A DNA stretch of 64,000 nt from Nemertoderma westbladi (taxonomy: Eukaryota; Animalia; Xenacoelomorpha). Made by a program: the position numbers and the translations under genes. This document shows, piece after piece, positions 56,257 to 64,000 of this stretch (within the stretch, counting starts at the first letter, position 1; each line of letters starts with the position of its first letter). The notes below the pieces were generated by a model. The model was not told where the DNA came from, did not search any database, and was given only the letters and a program-made list of their open reading frames with translations. The stretch is from assembly GCA_032718475.1 (NCBI GenBank), contig JAUCBJ010002288.1, forward strand, positions 1 through 64,000, read 5' to 3'.

Positions 56257-57115
56257 AATTTGTAGGCTGAGCTGTTGTCTGATTGCTGTTAGGTCTGAAC
56301 GGATTACAGTGTGTGTAGAGCACCTGTCCGATTAAGTACGGTTAGGAAGTAGGGGCAGCAAATGCTGTAAGGTAAACCCCCAGCTAAAGAATAAGTCGTA
56401 CTACTGGGTTAGAACGCATACTGCCTAATCATTTCGGAGTCTGCATGTCCTGTGGTTTATTTAGGCTTGATAGTAGTCTGCCATCGTTTAGTCTGTACTT
56501 TGTTTGTGTAAGTCTGTACAGGTAGCGTATAATATTTATTTAGATAATTTGTAGGCTGAGCTGTTGTCTGATTGCTGTTAGGTCTGAACGGATTACAGTG
56601 TGTGTAGAGCACCTGTCCGATTAAGTACGGTTAGGAAGTAGGGGCAGCAAATGCTGTAAGGTAAACCCCCAGCTAAAGAATAAGTCGTACTACTGGGTTA
56701 GAACGCATACTGCCTAATCATTTCGGAGTCTGCATGTCCTGTGGTTTATTTAGGCTTGATAGTAGTCTGCCATCGTTTAGTCTGTACTTTGTTTGTGTAA
56801 GTCTGTACAGGTAGCGTATAATATTTATTTAGATAATTTGTAGGCTGGATAATTGTCTGGCTGTTATTAGGTCTGAACGGATTGTAGTGTGTGTAGAGCC
56901 TCTGTCCGATTAAGTACGGTTAGGAAGTAGGGGCAGCAAATGCTGTAAGGTAAACCCCCAATTAAAGAATAAGTCGTACTACTGGGTTAGAACGCATACT
57001 GCCTAATCATTTCGGAGTCTGCATATACCGTAGTTTGTTTAGGCTTGATAGTAGTCTGTCGGTATTTGGTCTGCATTTTGTTTGAGTAGTTTGTACGCGT
57101 AGCGTAATATTTATT
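56257..57115 (+). repeat. 289-bp tandem repeat x3, probably in the 5' leader of the downstream BEL-like element
   Basis: Copies start at 56257, 56546 and 56835. Copies 1 and 2 look identical by eye; copy 3 is diverged. Confidence 0.93.
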
Positions 57116-58433
57116 ATTCAGAGTTTATGCGATTATTCGCAACATTCATATTCCCCAAGTTTGTTCCTACAGTAATTGTGTTTGTTATACATACCATTAT
57201 AGTTAAATTAACCCCGGTACTACACGGGCTGCTTGGCGTAGGTAAAGACTGGTGATTTTGTGCATCGGTCACTCCAGCAGATGCCGTGGTTCTTTTAGCT
57301 GTTCAAGTATATTTAACTACTGATTATCTGTTGTACAAGTACTCGTACCTAATTTAGGGTTTAGTGTACAGTGCTTTCCGAAAGTAATTATTGTAGGCAT
57401 TATATTTGTGTTGTAAAGTGGTTGATAGGCACGTTCGATTAGCTCTATTAACTTCTAGGTAGGAACACTCCGTGATACATAACGTAGAACCTATGGCGAT
57501 ACGGCCATAGGTCGTCAGGCGGTGGTATTTTCCTATCTAGACAGCGCAGTGTATTTACTACTACGTATTATTTCAAATACCGCAGTACCCTGTCCGTTGT
57601 AATAACCAGATTCTAACCCTTTGTTAGACTGGTTTGTAGACTTCTTGTAAAATCACCCTAAAATTTCGTATTTTGTGTTTTTTGTAAATTTTTGTGTTTA
57701 TTTAGAGATTGTAATCTCAACCCGAATTGTACGTAATTTGTAGTATTAAGTAACTTAGGTAAATTAGAATTATTTGTTTTAGTGTCCTATAAGTAACACT
57801 TCACTGAAAGCGCACCGCTTTGTGTAGTGATTACTCCCCAGAAATAATAACATTTATTTCAAACATTGACAAAACCCATTAAAACGGGTATATATATATT
57901 ATAAATCAAATCTAACGATTTATAAATAGTAGGCCTACCATATAACAATTAGGTCTCAATATCAGTTGGACTACTGCTTAAATAACGGTAATAAAGTAAG
58001 TTAAAGTGACCAAGTAACCCTAAAGTTCAGAAATTCAATTATTCTAAAATAATTGATATACCGGTATTTACGATAGGCCTATTATAATATTTATATTTGT
58101 GCTGAAAGCATACCGGTATTCTGAAATTAATTCAGTTAATAACTATACTTATATATATACTACAAACTGTCAGCTGTACCGGTATTCCCGATAGGCCTAT
58201 TATATATTTATATATATTTGTGCTAAAATTATACCGGTATTCGGTGATAAACCTAGTCTGTAATAATAGTTATATATACTATAAGCATACCGGTATTCTA
58301 ATATATTATATATATATCACGCTACACTGAGTAGCAGTACCGGTAATTAATTACTAGGCTAGCAGTTAATACTGAGTTACTAGACTTACTCAGACTGTAA
58401 TACAGCAGTAGACATTCAACGGTATACATAGTC

Positions 58434-61400
58434 ATGTCTGATATTCAGCAGAACCTGTCAGACAGTTTATTAGATGTAACTATCTGCGACTCAGATAGAG
58501 ACGTACAACCGTCTGGTCGTAAGTTCAGTTCACCTCCCACTGTGAGGAAGGTCATCCCTCCAGTAGTAATAACAGAACCTAGGCTAGTCCAACATCGTAG
58601 GTCTATCATAGGCACCCGAGCTCAGGTCAAGCGGGACCAAGAAGCAGCGGAACAGCAACAACCCGCTAGTCAAGAACTTATTCCTCAGCGGCTCAGCAGC
58701 TCCAGTAGTGAGGATACTGTAGAGCTGACACCCGAGCGCGGAGCAGAGATGACGGATGCGGTTTATACGGATCCCCTTCTCATCCTTCCTGCAGCCGTAC
58801 TCACTAGGTTATTGATCGCGGTGGAAGAACACCAGATCGATTGGGCGAGAAGTCAACGGTCAACTAGAGATAGTTATGCAGGATACACGAGTGAAGAACT
58901 GAAGTCTATTGTCGAGTCGCAATGGAACTTCCCCGGATCCGGACTCCCGTTTGATTTATCAGAAGCTGCCTGGGAAGACATACACCGGATGGGAGTAGCC
59001 AAGGAAACCATCGATCCAGCTGTGTGGAAGAGGTCCGCAGCCGGATACGCACAGGGATTCTTCAGCTCTATAGAGCGATTAAAAGAACAACTGTTTCATC
59101 AACCTCAAGGACCTCAAGAGCAGGGATTGCTGCTTTATCAAGTTAGAGAAAGAATTCTACGAATCAGGTTAATATTATCGGCCTTTGAGGAGGCTTCTAA
59201 ACGAAGACAAGACACGTCGTTGCAAGTTGCCGTAAAGACTTGGTTTCAACGGGTGAGTCGCCAAGTTCAAGGAACAGCTCAGTGGAAAGCTCAGCTGGAG
59301 GAGCGCTCAACCCAAGGAGAATCAACAGACGCTACTTTTTCCCAAGTGGAAAGTGAAGCGACGGCAGAGAAGCCGCATAAGAGAGATGCCATTGACATCT
59401 ATCTGTCGGACTATCAACGTTTTTTAGGTGATGACGAATTGAGAAGAAGGTTAGATGGACTTAGCCCTAATAGCGAAGGAACCAAGCTTGTGTTGGATGC
59501 CATCGATGTGGAAATGAGGGCTGCGAACCAGGCTAAATTCGATGAACAACTCCGCATCGCTAGAGAACAAGAAGAACAAGTAAGGAAAAAACGTATAGAA
59601 GACAGAAAGGCCGCAGCAAAAGCAGAGGCAGAGGCAAAAGCGGCAGCAGCAGAAGCAGAGGCAGAGGCAAAAGCGGCAGCAGCAGAAGCAGCGGCAGAGG
59701 CAAAAGCGGCAGCGGCAGAGGCAAAAGCGGCAGCAGCAGAAGCAGCGGCAGAGGCAAAAGCGGCAGCGGCAGAGGCAAAAGCGGCAGCGGTGGCGGAAGC
59801 AGAACGGAGAGCGGCTGAAGAGATCGCCCAACTGGAGTTGGAAAATCTTCAAGAGAAGCAAGACGACTTCAGTAAACAGTTAACAGCTAGTAATATGCAG
59901 ATGATGAATCGATCTACTCCCAAAAGACAGGGATATACATCATCTGAAGAAGGCGATACCACCGATACTGAAGGCAAGGGAAATAGATCTCGTCTAAGTA
60001 GACGTAAAAGAACATTCCACCGTCAGAAATTGCCTGATTTGCCTCCAGCTGTTAGAAGGCAACTAAATAACACCAACTTAGGTAGTACAGAGCCCACAGA
60101 CCAAATAATTAAAATAGAAAGACTCCCTACTATAGTAGATGAGCCTGAAATAATTAGGCCTGTTCTTGAAATCACCCCTTTGGTGATAGACACACCTGTG
60201 CTCCCTGAAACTACCTCTAAATTCCCTCTACATAGCACTAAGCTACCTGTGCCCCGTAGAACTGCCCAGGAGACAGTTCAGGTCCTGGACCCCGAGCGAA
60301 ATATTCATTATTTGTCGCCCGTTGTCCCTCGTCCGCCCGCTACAACGTTGGCGACTCCCGCTTCGGCGGTCGAATGGGTGGACGAGAGACGGCGGGGGAT
60401 AGATATCCTGCTCGGGCAGATGCAGGAGACTGTCCAGCAATTCAAGGGCACAGTAAGGGAAAGTAGACTAGAGTTGCAAGAAGTGCAGCAAAGTATTGCG
60501 CTCGAACGCGATAAATTAGTAAATACTCAAAGGGGTATACCACCACCCTCTGTAACAATGTGTCAACCTGTTAGGTCTGAAGTATCTCATGCGCAAGGTG
60601 TGGAGCCTACACGCATATATACTGCTAGCGAAGTAGAAACTCCTATAGTGAACCCTATTAAGGGTAATTATAGACCTGTTGATAATGACATTCCCTATAG
60701 AACTGATCATAATCCGAGAAATTTATATACCGATAACTCGATATTAAATAACACGATGGCCCAAGAAAGTTTTACGCGTCAAATGGCTAGAACCGAAGCC
60801 CGGCAAGCGGTGAAGGTGGGAGAGATAGTCAAATTCAATGGAGATGAGATGAAATGGTTACCTTTTAATGAATATTACAAAGATAACATACAGAACTCTG
60901 TACTATCTAATGGAGAGAAACTTAGATTCCTCATCGAGTGCTTGGAAGGATCTCCCAAGTCAATGGCTTTAAAATTTATTGGACATCCAGATGGATTAAG
61001 ACAAGTTTGGGATACACTAAACATCAGGTATGGTAATAGGACTAACATAGCTAGGTATTTATATGCGAAATTAATGGCGCCCCGAAAGTTTCTTAGCAGC
61101 GGGATTATAGAGTTTTCCGATGAGATTCAGGAGATCTGTAGACAACTAGATTGGTTAGGTAAGTCTCATGAATACCAGAATTCTATGGTTGTAGGAGCCT
61201 TAGCATCTACTTTGCCCAAGGGTGGAGTAGGTACACGCTGGGACAAGAAGGTGTTATATATGATGGAACAACAACAACGAGACCCTACCATGGCTGATCT
61301 CATGTCATTCCTGGATAGCGAGGTGAAATTACAGCTCATAAAGCAGTCCAGAGAGAAGACAGCGGAAAGTAAGGTAAGTGAGAAACCCGTTTCTAGGAGA

Positions 61401-63404
61401 AGGGTAACACCAGTATGTTATACCGACGACGGTGAAAGCCAAACTTCTCAAGGAGAGGACAGCGGGAAAGACACTGACAGATCTTATGTCAATAAAATGC
61501 CTAAAGATCAGGTAAGTAAATCCAAGTCTCGACCCAATGACAGAAGGGAACCGGTACAAAAAACCCCTCCTACGTCTCCTAAAAGAATTCAGGTGAGAAA
61601 GCCCGAGGAAAGAACAAGTGTGCACCACACAGCACATGTTAAAGTAAGTAACATCAAGCCCAAATGTGTGCTGTGCGACGGGCCCCACCGTTTAAATGCG
61701 TGTGATAAATTCCTGAGGAAATCACTAAAGGATAGACGTGAAGTCATGTGGGATAAGCGGTTGTGTTATAATTGTCTCAGACGAGGACACCAACGGCGAA
61801 CCTGTAACTCCGACGCAAGGTGTGCGAAGTGCGGCCCAAAACATCATATCTTGTTGCACACGGAATTCGAACGAAACAGCCCGAGTCAGGTAAGTGAGTC
61901 CGAACTACATGTCCAATTCAGTGATGTGAACGACACTGATCAATCTGAGATGGAAGGATTCTATACGGACGAGTTCTCCGACCAAAACGAATCCTGTTAC
62001 CTAATAAACACCACCGCAGTGTATCGAGCACTCGTGTATGAGAAAGACACAGACAGCGACCTTACCTTAACTACTTCCGATCAACAACCATCTTGGAAAG
62101 CGCCAACTTCCAATATAGGAATCCGAGAATTTCCTGTAGTCCAGTTACGGGTCCACGGACCTCAGAAGAGCTATATAGTGAACGCCCTCCTGGACTCCGG
62201 TAGCACAGGAACATTCATCGATAAAGAACTAGCCGAAGTCATCTTTGCTGGACAACCCAAGTTCCGAACCAAGCTAAACATGTCAGGGATCATGCAGGTT
62301 TGGAATTCTACTGTAGCTGCCGACTATTATATAGGTGAGTTGTCCACTCCACAGGATAAACTAGGAGAATACAGTATAAGGTCAGTAAAAATGGTGGCAA
62401 TAAAGAACTTCGCTACCACCCAAGTGGAACCTTATAATTGGGACGAAGATGATCATGCCCAACAACTTAACATCCCTAGATTCGACACCGATTATCCTGG
62501 AGTACAAATATTAATCGGTCAAAACGCGCATGAGGCGCTGGAGACATTAGAGAAACGACCTGCTCAACCGCAGCCACTACAGACCTATGCGGTAAGAACT
62601 AGAGTAGGTTGGTACCTGACTGGACCTTCCCGTAGAACGCTCAGGGAAAGACTGCTTCAAGATCGCGTCTGCCAGGTGAGTGAATGGGAAGATGATACTA
62701 GTGAGGGAGACGACCCAACTGAGGGAACACCACACTCCTCAGATAATGACAATCTTAGCTCCAATATAGATCAATGGAGATATTGCCCCAAGAAGTTTAA
62801 TCCAACTGACATCGCTTCCAGAGGAGCAACTCCTCAAGAACTGACAGATACTATAGACCGGTTAGGTGAACCCGACTTCCTGAGTAAGGAGAATGAATGG
62901 CCTCCCCATCTTACTCCGACTGAGATTAGACCAGCCAAGGGAGCGGAGAAAGTCGAACCTGAAACCCGGACGGGTGGATCGGAGTTATTTGAACCCGGGA
63001 TAGATCTGTCGGTATTACATGTTGCCAGGGACGACGCCGTGGATCTGGGCCTCCCCACCGCGAGTGGATCCTTCATGAAGATCAGAGAGAGCGATTGGAG
63101 CTCTGGAACATCAGACGTCTCTCAGGGACTCTCACCTCTCCTGCAGAGAGCGACGGACCACTATAGCTCCTGGAATCGGCTTTGTGACGCCGTCATATAC
63201 TTTGAGCGATGTTTCTATCGTCACTATTCCAGGACGAAGAGGAAACCTGGAATTGTATTCAGGATGCAGCGACTCAATCACCCAGTCGGTCGTTTGTGTT
63301 TATCGGAAGGGAATGGAGGACTCTCCGGAAACTGTGGAAGGCAAGATTCTCTTCCCACGACCACCTCCCTAATCCTTCAAACATCTAGGGACTCCATAAC
63401 GTAA
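58434..63404 (+). CDS. BEL/Pao-derived 1656-aa polyprotein: gag, triple Zn knuckle and aspartic protease fused in frame to a post-RNase H fragment; no RT, RNase H core or integrase
   Basis: Gag core KFNGDEMKWLPF...EKLRFLIECLEG...VWDTLNIRYG. Knuckles CVLCDGPH....C, CYNCLRRGH....C and CAKCGPKHHILLH. Protease ALLDSGST (Asp at 62193), ILIGQN and AVRTRVGWYLTGP, then QWRYCPKKFNPTDIASRG and YSSWNRL. No YxDD motif. Confidence 0.9.
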   Translation: MSDIQQNLSDSLLDVTICDSDRDVQPSGRKFSSPPTVRKVIPPVVITEPRLVQHRRSIIGTRAQVKRDQEAAEQQQPASQELIPQRLSSSSSEDTVELTPERGAEMTDAVYTDPLLILPAAVLTRLLIAVEEHQIDWARSQRSTRDSYAGYTSEELKSIVESQWNFPGSGLPFDLSEAAWEDIHRMGVAKETIDPAVWKRSAAGYAQGFFSSIERLKEQLFHQPQGPQEQGLLLYQVRERILRIRLILSAFEEASKRRQDTSLQVAVKTWFQRVSRQVQGTAQWKAQLEERSTQGESTDATFSQVESEATAEKPHKRDAIDIYLSDYQRFLGDDELRRRLDGLSPNSEGTKLVLDAIDVEMRAANQAKFDEQLRIAREQEEQVRKKRIEDRKAAAKAEAEAKAAAAEAEAEAKAAAAEAAAEAKAAAAEAKAAAAEAAAEAKAAAAEAKAAAVAEAERRAAEEIAQLELENLQEKQDDFSKQLTASNMQMMNRSTPKRQGYTSSEEGDTTDTEGKGNRSRLSRRKRTFHRQKLPDLPPAVRRQLNNTNLGSTEPTDQIIKIERLPTIVDEPEIIRPVLEITPLVIDTPVLPETTSKFPLHSTKLPVPRRTAQETVQVLDPERNIHYLSPVVPRPPATTLATPASAVEWVDERRRGIDILLGQMQETVQQFKGTVRESRLELQEVQQSIALERDKLVNTQRGIPPPSVTMCQPVRSEVSHAQGVEPTRIYTASEVETPIVNPIKGNYRPVDNDIPYRTDHNPRNLYTDNSILNNTMAQESFTRQMARTEARQAVKVGEIVKFNGDEMKWLPFNEYYKDNIQNSVLSNGEKLRFLIECLEGSPKSMALKFIGHPDGLRQVWDTLNIRYGNRTNIARYLYAKLMAPRKFLSSGIIEFSDEIQEICRQLDWLGKSHEYQNSMVVGALASTLPKGGVGTRWDKKVLYMMEQQQRDPTMADLMSFLDSEVKLQLIKQSREKTAESKVSEKPVSRRRVTPVCYTDDGESQTSQGEDSGKDTDRSYVNKMPKDQVSKSKSRPNDRREPVQKTPPTSPKRIQVRKPEERTSVHHTAHVKVSNIKPKCVLCDGPHRLNACDKFLRKSLKDRREVMWDKRLCYNCLRRGHQRRTCNSDARCAKCGPKHHILLHTEFERNSPSQVSESELHVQFSDVNDTDQSEMEGFYTDEFSDQNESCYLINTTAVYRALVYEKDTDSDLTLTTSDQQPSWKAPTSNIGIREFPVVQLRVHGPQKSYIVNALLDSGSTGTFIDKELAEVIFAGQPKFRTKLNMSGIMQVWNSTVAADYYIGELSTPQDKLGEYSIRSVKMVAIKNFATTQVEPYNWDEDDHAQQLNIPRFDTDYPGVQILIGQNAHEALETLEKRPAQPQPLQTYAVRTRVGWYLTGPSRRTLRERLLQDRVCQVSEWEDDTSEGDDPTEGTPHSSDNDNLSSNIDQWRYCPKKFNPTDIASRGATPQELTDTIDRLGEPDFLSKENEWPPHLTPTEIRPAKGAEKVEPETRTGGSELFEPGIDLSVLHVARDDAVDLGLPTASGSFMKIRESDWSSGTSDVSQGLSPLLQRATDHYSSWNRLCDAVIYFERCFYRHYSRTKRKPGIVFRMQRLNHPVGRLCLSEGNGGLSGNCGRQDSLPTTTSLILQTSRDSIT

Positions 63405-63420
63405 CAACATATGGAGTGGG

Positions 63421-63735
63421 TGTGTGACTCTATTATTTTATATTATTTTATTATTTTTATATTTATGTATGTATTACTATGTAATTCTATTATAATCGTT
63501 TTCTTTAATTTTATTCAGTAGAATGTTATTTTAGCGATTATTTAGTAGATTAGTGCAATATATATTCGCGTATATTACTTAATTACGTATATATTATATT
63601 TAATGCGACGGCAAGAAATAATTCTTTTCCTTCTTCCTTACTGTCCGTATTACATTACAAATACGTAACTACAGTAAGATGAAATGTCCGTACTTATTAA
63701 AGTACAATAAAGCCACTACTATATTCAAGTATTAT
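63421..63735 (+). mobile_element. Candidate LTR: purine run GGAGTGGG then TG..., AT-rich body with AATAAA, followed by PBS-like TGGTAGGCAGAG
   Basis: Lies directly after the polyprotein stop. The following motif is one base off the tRNA-iMet PBS TGGTAGCAGAG. No partner LTR was found in the window. Confidence 0.3.
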
Positions 63736-64000
63736 TGGTAGGCAGAGTATTAGGAATGCAAAGTTCAGATCCTCGTGTCTCGGCTAAACCAAGCTCTGGG
63801 TAGACCTTGGAAACGACTTGCCTCTTCACACTGACATTGCTTCGTGCGATATTGCTCTTCTACCTTATATTAAATAATACATATAGTAGCGTGATGTCCC
63901 TATAACAGTAGCGTATAACGCAAAATAAATCTGTTAAACCCTTTGACCATCTGTAATTCTAGTCGATTAAGATATCGCGGCACCCACCGATATACTTGAA

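Overview
Eukaryotic (invertebrate-animal-like) genomic DNA, not prokaryotic. The window holds two host genes arranged tail-to-tail. The first is the 3' part of a GSK-3/shaggy kinase gene (+ strand; four coding exons at 19088-27685, 5' exons outside the window). The second is an apparently complete SLCO/OATP organic-anion transporter (- strand; four coding exons at 50485-32068, about 647 aa). Bases 1-19121 are a 51-bp tandem array of roughly 375 copies. Its unit is 17 codons of the GSK-3 alpha-E helix centred on the CAG|GT splice acceptor of the next exon, so the intron appears to be built from amplified copies of its own exon junction, a candidate intron gained by exonic tandem duplication. 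The donor of the same exon is also tandemly duplicated (22 bp x2), and the last GSK-3 intron carries a 3.3-kb 18-bp minisatellite. The last SLCO intron contains a 14.4-kb degenerate BEL/Pao LTR retrotransposon (GTTTC TSD, 5' LTR cut to 48 bp). It carries an extra post-pol ORF resembling a DEDDy 3'-5' exonuclease, and a foldback-type MITE and a 5'-truncated RTE-like LINE are nested inside it. At the right end is a second BEL/Pao-derived 1656-aa ORF with gag and protease but no RT, RNase H core or integrase. Smaller items include a tRNA-derived SINE, a non-autonomous Helitron and DINE/HINE-like fragments. Almost all ORFs in the two satellite arrays are artefacts. Domain calls are from motif recognition only; no searches were run.
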